From positions 744,001 through 808,000 of the forward strand of contig CAXKVF010000074.1 of the NCBI GenBank assembly GCA_964057225.1: a stretch of 64,000 nt of DNA, in the 5' to 3' direction. The notes under the pieces are model-generated. The model ran no database searches. It was given only the letters and a program-made list of their open reading frames with translations, and had not been told where the DNA came from. Positions 1-12,300 of the stretch are shown here, piece by piece. The DNA is from Auanema rhodensis (taxonomy: Eukaryota > Animalia > Nematoda). Made by a program: the position numbers and the translations under genes. The number at the start of each line of letters is the position of its first letter. Position 1 is the first letter of the stretch.

Positions 1-12
1 TTGATATTGGTG

Positions 13-25
13 CATGGTAACCATG
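13..25. repeat. Intra-monomer inverted repeat CATGGT-A-ACCATG (contains BstEII site GGTNACC), present in essentially every monomer
   Basis: CATGGT is the reverse complement of ACCATG with a 1-nt spacer. The arms extend to 7 bp (TCATGGT-A-ACCATGA) in monomers with T at position 12. Confidence 0.95.
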
Positions 26-69
26 ACTTTGAAATTTACGTGAACTTTAATTTATGCTAATTAAATGTA

Positions 70-75
70 CACGTG
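70..75. other. CACGTG palindrome (E-box/G-box-type sequence match; binding not demonstrated), repeated per monomer
   Basis: GTACACGTGATG. Lost in C70T monomers (becomes TACGTG) and T74A monomers. Confidence 0.6.
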
Positions 76-99
76 ATGTGCACTTGGTATGTAACTCGC

Positions 100-109
100 T
101 TCACGTGAA
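100..109. other. 10-bp palindrome TTCACGTGAA with CACGTG core (extended E-box sequence match; binding not demonstrated), repeated per monomer
   Basis: Perfect dyad read directly from the sequence. Altered in A109G, A103G, C104A and G107A monomers. Confidence 0.6.
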
Positions 110-336
110 AGATAAAGAGATGCGGTTTTCAAAATTAGATTCCCCATGTCCATATTAATCTACAAACAAATTTTTATTGATATTGGTGCATGGTAACCAT
201 GACTTTGAAATTTACGTGAACTTTAATTTATGCTAATTAAATGTACACGTGATGTGCACTTGGTATGTAACTCGCTTCACGTGAAAGATAAAGAGATGCG
301 GTTTTCAAAATTAGATTCCCCATGTCCATATTAGTC

Positions 337-352
337 TAAAAACAAATTTTTA
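337..352. repeat. A/T-tract inverted repeat TAAAAA-CAAA-TTTTTA at monomer positions 161-176 (shown for unit 2)
   Basis: 6-bp arms with a 4-nt loop, present in consensus monomers. Confidence 0.8.
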
Positions 353-3300
353 TTGATATTGGTTCATGGTAACCATGACTTTGAAATTTACGTGAACTTT
401 AATTTATGCTAATTAAATGTATACGTGATGTGCACTTGGTATGTAACTCGCTTCACGTGAAAGATAAAGAGATGCGGTTTTCAAAATTAGATTCCCCATG
501 TCCATATTACTCTAAAAACAAATTTTTATTGATATTGGTTCATGGTAACCATGACTTTGAAATTTACGTGAACTTTAATTTATGCTAATTAAATGTACAC
601 GTGATGTGCACTTGGTATGTAACTCGCTTCACGTGAAAGATGAAGAGATGCGGTTTTCAAAATTAGATTCCCCATGTCCATATTAGTCTAAAAACAAATT
701 TTTATTGATATTGGTGCATGGTAACCATGACTTTGAAATTTACGTGAACTTTAATTTATGCTAATTAAATGTACACGTGATGTGCACTTGGTATGTAACT
801 CGCTTCACGTGAAAGATAAAGAGATGCGGTTTTCAAAATTAGATTCCCCATGTCCATATTAGTCTAAAAACAAATTTTTATTGATATTGGTGCATGGTAA
901 CCATGACTTTGAAATTTACGTGAACTTTAATTTATGCTAATTAAATGTACACGTGATGTGCACTTGGTATGTAACTCGCTTCACGTGAAAGATAAAGAGA
1001 TGCGGTTTTCAAAATTAGATTCCCCATGTCCATATTAGTCTAAAAACAAATTTTTATTGATATTGGTTCATGGTAACCATGACTTTGAAATTTACGTGAA
1101 CTTTAATTTATGCTAATTAAATGTATACGTGATGTGCACTTGGTATGTAACTCGCTTCACGTGAAAGATAAAGAGATGCGGTTTTCAAAATTAGATTCCC
1201 CATGTCCATATTAGTCTAAAAACAAATTTTTATTGATATTGGTGCATGGTAACCATGACTTTGAAAATTACGTGAACTTTAATTTATGCTAATTAAATGT
1301 ACACGTGATGTGCACTTGGTATGTAACTCGCTTCACGTGAAAGATGAAGAGATGCGGTTTTTAAAATTAGATTCCCCATGTCCATATTAGTCTAAAAACA
1401 AATTTTTATTGATATTGGTGCATGGTAACCATGACTTTGAAATTTACGTGAACTTTAATTTATGCTAATTGAATGTACACGTGATGTGCACTTGGTATGT
1501 AACTCGCTTCACGTGAAAGATAAAGAGATGCGGTTTTCAAAATTAGATTCCCCATGTCCATATTAGTCCAAAAACAAATTTTTATTGATATTGGTGCATG
1601 GTAACCATGACTTTGAAATTTACGTGAACTTTAATTTATGCTAATTAAATGTACACGTGATGTGCACTTGGTATGTAACTCGCTTCACGTGAAAGATAAA
1701 GAGATGCGGTTTTCAAAATTAGATTCCCCATGTCCATATTAGTTTAAAAACAAATTTTTATTGATATTGGTGCATGGTAACCATGACTTTGAAATTTACG
1801 TGAACATTAATTTATGCTAATTAAATGTACACGTGATGTGCACTTGGTATGTAACTCGCTTCACGTGAAAGATAAAGAGATGCGGTTTTCAAAATTAGAT
1901 TCCCCATGTCCATATTAATCTACAAACAAATTTTTATTGATATTGGTGCATGGTAACCATGACTTTGAAATTTACGTGAACTTTAATTTATGCTAATTAA
2001 ATGTACACGTGATGTGCACTTGGTATGTAACTCGCTTCACGTGAAAGATAAAGAGATGCGGTTTTCAAAATTAGATTCCCCATGTCCATATTAGTCTAAA
2101 AACAAATTTTTATTGATATTGGTTCATGGTAACCATGACTTTGAAATTTACGTGAACTTTAATTTATGCTAATTAAATGTATACGTGATGTGCACTTGGT
2201 ATGTAACTCGCTTCACGTGAAAGATAAAGAGATGCGGTTTTCAAAATTAGATTCCCCATGTCCATATTAGTCTAAAAACAAATTTTTATTGATATTGGTT
2301 CATGGTAACCATGACTTTGAAATTTACGTGAACTTTAATTTATGCTAATTAAATGTACACGTGATGTGCACTTGGTATGTAACTCGCTTCACGTGAAAGA
2401 TGAAGAGATGCGGTTTTCAAAATTAGATTCCCCATGTCCATATTAGTCTAAAAACAAATTTTTATTGATATTGGTGCATGGTAACCATGACTTTGAAATT
2501 TACGTGAACTTTAATTTATGCTAATTAAATGTACACGTGATGTGCACTTGGTATGTAACTCGCTTCACGTGAAAGATAAAGAGATGCGGTTTTCAAAATT
2601 AGATTCCCCATGTCCATATTAGTCTAAAAACAAATTTTTATTGATATTGGTGCATGGTAACCATGACTTTGAAATTTACGTGAACTTTAATTTATGCTAA
2701 TTAAATGTACACGTGATAAGCACTTGGTATGTAACTCGCTTCACGTGAAAGATAAAGAGATGCGGTTTTCAAAATTAGATTCCCCATGTCCATATTAGTC
2801 TAAAAACAAATTTTTATTGATATTGGTTCATGGTAACCATGACTTTGAAATTTACGTGAACTTTAATTTATGCTAATTAAATGTATACGTGATGTGCACT
2901 TGGTATGTAACTCGCTTCACGTGAAAGATAAAGAGATGCGGTTTTCAAAATTAGATTCCCCATGTCCATATTAGTCTAAAAACAAATTTTTATTGATATT
3001 GGTGCATGGTAACCATGACTTTGAAATTTACGTGAACTTTAATTTATGCTAATTAAATGTACACGTGATGTGCACTTGGTATGTAACTCGCTTCACGTGA
3101 AAGATAAAGAGATGCGGTTTTCAAAATTAGATTCCCCATGTCCATATTAGTCTAAAAACAAATTTTTATTGATATTGGTTCATGGTAACCATGACTTTGA
3201 AATTTACGTGAACTTTAATTTATGCTAATTAAATGTACACGTGATGTGCACTTGGTATGTAACTCGCTTCACGTGAAAGATGAAGAGATGCGGTTTTCAA

Positions 3301-6300
3301 AATTAGATTCCCCATGTCCATATTAGTCTAAAAACAAATTTTTATTGATATTGGTGCATGGTAACCATGACTTTGAAATTTACGTGAACTTTAATTTATG
3401 CTAATTGAATGTACACGTGATGTGCACTTGGTATGTAACTCGCTTCACGTGAAAGATAAAGAGATGCGGTTTTCAAAATTAGATTCCCCATGTCCATATT
3501 AGTCTAAAAACAAATTTTTATTGATATTGGTTCATGGTAACCATGACTTTGAAATTTACGTGAACTTTAATTTATGCTAATTAAATGTACACGTGATGTG
3601 CACTTGGTATGTAACTCGCTTCACGTGAAAGATAAAGAGATGCGGTTTTCAAAATTAGATTCCCCATGTCCATATTAGTCTAAAAACAAATTTTTATTGA
3701 TATTGGTTCATGGTAACCATGACTTTGAAATTTACGTGAACTTTAATTTATGCTAATTAAATGTATACGTGATGTGCACTTGGTATGTAACTCGCTTCAC
3801 GTGAAAGATAAAGAGATGCGGTTTTCAAAATTAGATTCCCCATGTCCATATTAGTCTAAAAACAAATTTTTATTGATATTGGTTCATGGTAACCATGACT
3901 TTGAAATTTACGTGAACTTTAATTTATGCTAATTAAATGTACACGTGATGTGCACTTGGTATGTAACTCGCTTCACGTGAAAGATGAAGAGATGCGGTTT
4001 TCAAAATTAGATTCCCCATGTCCATATTAGTCTAAAAACAAATTTTTATTGATATTGGTGCATGGTAACCATGACTTTGAAATTTACGTGAACTTTAATT
4101 TATGCTAATTAAATGTACACGTGATGTGCACTTGGTATGTAACTCGCTTCACGTGAAAGATAAAGAGATGCGGTTTTCAAAATTAGATTCCCCATGTCCA
4201 TATTAGTCTAAAAACAAATTTTTATTGATATTGGTGCATGGTAACCATGACTTTGAAATTTACGTGAACTTTAATTTATGCTAATTAAATGTACACGTGA
4301 TAAGCACTTGGTATGTAACTCGCTTCACGTGAAAGATAAAGAGATGCGGTTTTCAAAATTAGATTCCCCATGTCCATATTAGTCTAAAAACAAATTTTTA
4401 TTGATATTGGTTCATGGTAACCATGACTTTGAAATTTACGTGAACTTTAATTTATGCTAATTAAATGTATACGTGATGTGCACTTGGTATGTAACTCGCT
4501 TCACGTGAAAGATAAAGAGATGCGGTTTTCAAAATTAGATTCCCCATGTCCATATTAGTCTAAAAACAAATTTTTATTGATATTGGTTCATGGTAACCAT
4601 GACTTTGAAATTTACGTGAACTTTAATTTATGCTAATTAAATGTACACGTGATGTGCACTTGGTATGTAACTCGCTTCACGTGAAAGATAAAGAGATGCG
4701 GTTTTCAAAATTAGATTCCCCATGTCCATATTAGTCTAAAAACAAATTTTTATTGATATTGGTTCATGGTAACCATGACTTTGAAATTTACGTGAACTTT
4801 AATTTATGCTAATTAAATGTACACGTGATGTGCACTTGGTATGTAACTCGCTTCACGTGAAAGATGAAGAGATGCGGTTTTCAAAATTAGATTCCCCATG
4901 TCCATATTAGTCTAAAAACAAATTTTTATTGATATTGGTGCATGGTAACCATGACTTTGAAATTTACGTGAACTTTAATTTATGCTAATTGAATGTACAC
5001 GTGATGTGCACTTGGTATGTAACTCGCTTCACGTGAAAGATAAAGAGATGCGGTTTTCAAAATTAGATTCCCCATGTCCATATTAGTCTAAAAACAAATT
5101 TTTATTGATATTGGTTCATGGTAACCATGACTTTGAAATTTACGTGAACTTTAATTTATGCTAATTAAATGTACACGTGATGTGCACTTGGTATGTAACT
5201 CGCTTCACGTGAAAGATAAAGAGATGCGGTTTTCAAAATTAGATTCCCCATGTCCATATTAGTCTAAAAACAAATTTTTATTGATATTGGTGCATGGTAA
5301 CCATGACTTTGAAATTTACGTGAACTTTAATTTATGCTAATTAAATGTACACGTGATGTGCACTTGGTATGTAACTCGCTTCACGTGAAAGATAAAGAGA
5401 TGCGGTTTTCAAAATTAGATTCCCCATGTCCATATTAGTTTAAAAACAAATTTTTATTGATATTGGTGCATGGTAACCATGACTTTGAAATTTACGTGAA
5501 CATTAATTTATGCTAATTAAATGTACACGTGATGTGCACTTGGTATGTAACTCGCTTCACGTGAAAGATAAAAAGATGCGGTTTTCAAAATTAGATTCCC
5601 CATGTCCATATTAGTCTAAAAACAAATTTTTATTGATATTGGTGCATGGTAACCATGACTTTGAAATTTACGTGAACTTTAATTTATGCTAATTAAATGT
5701 ACACGTGATGTGCACTTGGTATGTAACTCGCTTCACGTGAAAGATAAAGAGATGCGGTTTTCAAAATTAGATTCCCCATGTCCATATTAGTCTAAATACA
5801 AATTTTTATTGATATTGGTTCATGGTAACCATGACTTTGAAATTTACGTGAACTTTAATTTATGCTAATTAAATGTACACGTGATGTGCACTTGGTATGT
5901 AACTCGCTTCACGTGAAAGATGAAGAGATGCGGTTTTCAAAATTAGATTCCCCATGTCCATATTAGTCTAAAAACAAATTTTTATTGATATTGGTGCATG
6001 GTAACCATGACTTTGAAATTTACGTGAACTTTAATTTATGCTAATTGAATGTACACGTGATGTGCACTTGGTATGTAACTCGCTTCACGTGAAAGATAAA
6101 GAGATGCGGTTTTCAAAATTAGATTCCCCATGTCCATATTAGTCTAAAAACAAATTTTTATTGATATTGGTTCATGGTAACCATGACTTTGAAATTTACG
6201 TGAACTTTAATTTATGCTAATTAAATGTACACGTGATGTGCACTTGGAATGTAACTCGCTTCACGTGAAAGATAAAGAGATGTGGTTTTCAAAATTAGAT

Positions 6301-9300
6301 TCCCCATGTCCATATTAGTCTAAAAACAAATTTTTATTGATATTGGTTCATGGTAACCATGACTTTGAAATTTACGTGAACTTTAATTTATGCTAATTAA
6401 ATGTACACGTGATGTGCACTTGGTATGTAACTCGCTTCACGTAAAAGATGAAGAGATGCGGTTTTCAAAATTAGATTCCCCATGTCCATATTAGTCTAAA
6501 AACAAATTTTTATTGATTTTGGTGCATGGTAACCATGACTTTGAAATTTACGTGAACTTTAATTTATGCTAATTAAATGTACACGTGATGTGCACTTGGT
6601 ATGTAACTCGCTTCACGTGAAAGATAAAGAGATGCGGTTTTCAAAATTAGATTCCCCATGTCCATATTAGTCTAAAAACAAATTTTTATTGATATTGGTG
6701 CATGGTAACCATGACTTTGAAATTTACGTGAACTTTAATTTATGCTAATTAAATGTACACGTGATGTGCACTTGGTATGTAACTCGCTTCACGTGAAAGA
6801 TAAAGAGATGCGGTTTTCAAAATTAGATTTCCCATGTCCATATTAGTCTAAAAACAAATTTTTATTGATATTGGTTCATGGTAACCATGACTTTGAAATT
6901 TACGTGAACTTTAATTTATGCTAATTAAATGTATACGTGGTGTGCACTTGGTATGTAACTCGCTTCACGTGAAAGATAAAGAGATGCGGTTTTCAAAATT
7001 AGATTCCCCATGTCCATATTAGTCTAAAAACAAATTTTTATTGATATTGGTTCATGGTAACCATGACTTTGAAATTTACGTGAACTTTAATTTATGCTAA
7101 TTAAATGTACACGTGATGTGCACTTGGTATGTAACTCGCTTCACGTGAAAGATAAAGAGATGCGGTTTTCAAAATTAGATTCCCCATGTCCATATTAGTC
7201 TAAAAACAAATTTTTATTGATATTGGTTCATGGTAACCATGACTTTGAAATTTACGTGAACTTTAATTTATGCTAATTAAATGTACACGTGATGTGCACT
7301 TGGTATGTAACTCGCTTCACGTGAAAGATAAAGAGATGCGGTTTTCAAAATTAGATTCCCCATGTCCATATTAGTTTAAAAACAAATTTTTATTGATATT
7401 GGTGCATGGTAACCATGACTTTGAAATTTACGTGAACTTTAATTTATGCTAATTAAATGTACACGTGATGTGCACTTGGTATGTAACTCGCTTCACGTGA
7501 AAGATAAAAAGATGCGGTTTTCAAAATTAGATTCCCCATGTCCATATTAGTCTAAAAACAAATTTTTATTGATATTGGTGCATGGTAACCATGACTTTGA
7601 AATTTACGTGAACTTTAATTTATGCTAATTAAATGTACACGTGATGTGTACTTGGTATGTAACTCGCTTCACGTGAAAGATGAAGAGATGCGGTTTTCAA
7701 AATTAGATTCCCCATGTCCATATTAGTCTAAAAACAAATTTTTATTGATATTGGTTCATGGTAACCATGACTTTGAAATTTACGTGAACTTTAATTTATG
7801 CTAATTAAATGTACACGTGATGTGCACTTGGTATGTAACTCGCTTCACGTGAAAGATAAAGAGATGCGGTTTTCAAAATTAGATTCCCCATGTCCATATT
7901 AGTCTAAAAACAAATTTTTATTGATATTGGTTCATGGTAACCATGACTTTGAAATTTACGTGAACTTTAATTTATGCTAATTAAATGTACACGTGATGTG
8001 CACTTGGTATGTAACTCGCTTCACGTGAAAGATGAAGAGATGCGGTTTTCAAAATTAGATTTCCCATGTCCATATTAGTCTAAAAACAAATTTTTATTGA
8101 TATTGGTGCATGGTAACCATGACTTTGAAATTTACGTGAACTTTAATTTATGCTAATTAAATGTACACGTGATGTGCACTTGGTATGTAACTCGCTTCAC
8201 GTGAAAGATAAAGAGATGCGGTTTTCAAAATTAGATTCCCCATGTCCATATTAGTCTAAAAACAAATTTTTATTGATATTGGTTCATGGTAACCATGACT
8301 TTGAAATTTACGTGAACTTTAATTTATGCTAATTAAATGTACACGTGATGTGCACTTGGTATGTAACTCGCTTCACGTGAAAGATAAAGAGATGCGGTTT
8401 TCAAAATTAGATTCCCCATGTCCATATTAGTCTAAAAACAAATTTTTATTGATATTGGTGCATGGTAACCATGACTTTGAAATTTACGTGAACTTTAATT
8501 TATGCTAATTAAATGTACACGAGATGTGCACTTAGTATGTAACTCGCTTCACGTGAAAGATAAAGAGATGCGGTTTTCAAAATTAGATTCCCCATGTCCA
8601 TATTAGTCTAAAAACAAATTTTTATTGATATTGGTTCATGGTAACCATGACTTTGAAATTTACGTGAACTTTAATTTATGCTAATTAAATGTACACGTGA
8701 TGTGCACTTGGTATGTAACTCGCTTCACGTGAAAGATGAAGAGATGCGGTTTTCAAAATTAGATTCCCCATGTCCATATTAGTTTAAAAACAAATTTTTA
8801 TTGATATTGGTGCATGGTAACCATGACTTTGAAATTTACGTGAACTTTAATTTATGCTAATTAAATGTACACGTGATGTGCACTTGGTATGTAACTCGCT
8901 TCACGTGAAAGATAAAGAGATGCGGTTTTCAAAATTAGATTCCCCATGTCCATATTAGTTTAAAAACAAATTTTTATTGATATTGGTGCATGGTAACCAT
9001 GACTTTGAAATTTACGTGAACTTTAATTTATGCTAATTAAATGTACACGTGATGTGCACTTGGTATGTAACTCGCTTCACGTGAAAGATAAAAAGATGCG
9101 GTTTTCAAAATTAGATTCCCCATGTCCATATTAGTCTAAAAACAAATTTTTATTGATATTGGTGCATGGTAACCATGACTTTGAAATTTACGTGAACTTT
9201 AATTTATGCTAATTAAATGTACACGTGATGTGTACTTGGTATGTAACTCGCTTCACGTGAAAGATGAAGAGATGCGGTTTTCAAAATTAGATTCCCCATG

Positions 9301-12300
9301 TCCATATTAGTCTAAAAACAAATTTTTATTGATATTGGTTCATGGTAACCATGACTTTGAAATTTACGTGAACTTTAATTTATGCTAATTAAATGTACAC
9401 GTGATGTGCACTTGGTATGTAACTCGCTTCACGTGAAAGATAAAGAGATGCGGTTTTCAAAATTAGATTCCCCATGTCCATATTAGTCTAAAAACAAATT
9501 TTTATTGATATTGGTTCATGGTAACCATGACTTTGAAATTTACGTGAACTTTAATTTATGCTAATTAAATGTACACGTGATGTGCACTTGGTATGTAACT
9601 CGCTTCACGTGAAAGATGAAGAGATGCGGTTTTCAAAATTAGATTCCCCATGTCCATATTATTCTAAAAACAAATTTTTATTGATTTTGGTGCATGGTAA
9701 CCATGACTTTGAAATTTACGTGAACTTTAATTTATGCTAATTAAATGTACACGTGATGTGCACTTGGTATGTAACTCGCTTCACGTGAAAGATAAAGAGA
9801 TGCGGTTTTCAAAATTAGATTCCCCATGTCCATATTAGTCTAAAAACAAATTTTTATTGATATTGGTGCATGGTAACCATGACTTTGAAATTTACGTGAA
9901 CTTTAATTTATGCTAATTAAATGTACACGTGATGTGCACTTGGTATGTAACTCGCTTCACGTGAAAGATAAAGAGATGCGGTTTTCAAAATTAGATTCCC
10001 CATGTCCATATTAGTCTAAAAACAAATTTTTATTGATATTGGTTCATGGTAACCATGACTTTGAAATTTACGTGAACTTTAATTTATGCTAATTAAATGT
10101 ATACGTGGTGTGCACTTGGTATGTAACTCGCTTCACGTGAAAGATAAAGAGATGCGGTTTTCAAAATTAGATTCCCCATGTCCATATTAGTCTAAAAACA
10201 AATTTTTATTGATATTGGTTCATGGTAACCATGACTTTGAAATTTACGTGAACTTTAATTTATGCTAATTAAATGTACACGTGATGTGCACTTGGTATGT
10301 AACTCGCTTCACGTGAAAGATAAAGAGATGCGGTTTTCAAAATTAGATTCCCCATGTCCATATTAGTCTAAAAACAAATTTTTATTGATATTGGTGCATG
10401 GTAACCATGACTTTGAAATTTACGTGAACTTTAATTTATGCTAATTAAATGTACACGTGATGTGCACTTGGTATGTAACTCGCTTCACGTGAAAGATAAA
10501 GAGATGCGGTTTTCAAAATTAGATTCCCCATGTCCATATTAGTCTAAAAACAAATTTTTATTGATATTGGTTCATGGTAACCATGACTTTGAAATTTACG
10601 TGAACTTTAATTTATGCTAATTAAATGTATACGTGGTGTGCACTTGGTATGTAACTCGCTTCACGTGAAAGATAAAGAGATGCGGTTTTCAAAATTAGAT
10701 TCCCCATGTCCATATTAGTCTAAAAACAAATTTTTATTGATATTGGTTCATGGTAACCATGACTTTGAAATTTACGTGAACTTTAATTTATGCTAATTAA
10801 ATGTACACGTGATGTGCACTTGGTATGTAACTCGCTTCACGTGAAAGATAAAGAGATGCGGTTTTCAAAATCAGATTCCCCATGTCCATATTAGTCTAAA
10901 AACAAATTTTTATTGATATTGGTGCATGGTAACCATGACTTTGAAATTTACGTGAACTTTAATTTATGCTAATTAAATGTACACGTGATGTGCACTTGGT
11001 ATGTAACTCGCTTCACGTGAAAGATAAAGAGATGCGGTTTTCAAAATTAGATTCCCCATGTCCATATTAGTCTAAAAACAAATTTTTATTGATATTGGTG
11101 CATGGTAACCATGACTTTGAAATTTACGTGAACTTTAATTTATGCTAATTAAATGTACACGTGATGTGCACTTGGTATGTAACTCGCTTCACGTGAAAGA
11201 TAAAGAGATGCGGTTTTCAAAATTAGATTCCCCATGTCCATATTAGTCTAAAAACAAATTTTTATTGATATTGGTTCATGGTAACCATGACTTTGAAATT
11301 TACGTGAACTTTAATTTATGCTAATTAAATGTACACGTGATGTGCACTTGGTATGTAACTCGCTTCACGTGAAAGATAAAGAGATGCGGTTTTCAAAATT
11401 AGATTCCCCATGTCCATATTAGTTTAAAAACAAATTTTTATTGATATTGGTGCATGGTAACCATGACTTTGAAATTTACGTGAACTTTAATTTATGCTAA
11501 TTAAATGTACACGTGATGTGCACTTGGTATGTAACTCGCTTCACGTGAAAGATAAAGAGATGCGGTTTTCAAAATTAGATTCCCCATGTCCATATTAGTT
11601 TAAAAACAAATTTTTATTGATATTGGTGCATGGTAACCATGACTTTGAAATTTACGTGAACTTTAATTTATGCTAATTAAATGTACACGTGATGTGCACT
11701 TGGTATGTAACTCGCTTCACGTGAAAGATAAAGAGATGCGGTTTTCAAAATTAGATTCCCCATGTCCATATTAGTTTAAAAACAAATTTTTATTGATATT
11801 GGTTCATGGTAACCATGACTTTGAAATTTACGTGAACTTTAATTTATGCTAATTAAATGTACACGTGATGTGCACTTGGTATGTAACTCGCTTCACGTGA
11901 AAGATAAAGAGATGCGGTTTTCAAAATTAGATTCCCCATGTCCATATTAGTTTAAAAACAAATTTTTATTGATATTGGTGCATGGTAACCATGACTTTGA
12001 AATTTACGTGAACTTTAATTTATGCTAATTAAATGTACACGTGATGTGCTCTTGTTATGTAACTCGCTTCACGTGAAAGATAAAGAGATGCGGTTTTCAA
12101 AATTAGATTCCCCATGTCCATATTAGTCTAAAAACAAATTTTTATTGATATTGGTTCATGGTAACCATGACTTTGAAATTTACGTGAACTTTAATTTATG
12201 CTAATTAAATGTACACGTGATGTGCACTTGGTATGTAACTCGCTTCACGTGAAAGATGAAGAGATGCGGTTTTCAAAATTAGATTTCCCATGTCCATATT

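Larger units (their letters stand above)
1..176 (+). repeat. Representative 176-bp monomer (unit 1; carries G158A and A163C relative to consensus)
   Basis: Direct comparison with following units. The monomer phase is arbitrary, set by the window start. Confidence 0.98.

Noticed and set aside
99-125. CENP-B box-like motif (CTTC...CGG)
   Set aside because: It does not fit NTTCGNNNNANNCGGGN on either strand, even in A103G or G86C variants that create TTCG.
54-158. 34-codon ATG-to-stop frame in every monomer
   Set aside because: The length is expected by chance, and common variants are often non-synonymous (C70T, A114G), so there is no sign of coding constraint.
1-176. Identity with Brassica CentBr (176 bp), honeybee AluI (176 bp), Arabidopsis CEN178 or alpha satellite
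   Set aside because: Only the length is similar. The consensus has no AAGCTT or AGCT site and no similarity that I recognise; a database search is needed.
406-588. 60-aa ORF MLIKCIRDVH...
   Set aside because: It exists only because G158C (position 510) removes the TAG present in other monomers. It spans about one repeat unit and has no recognisable domain or gene context.
9558-9740. Second 60-aa ORF
   Set aside because: Same artefact through an independent G158T (position 9662). Because 176 is not divisible by 3, no frame continues across monomers.
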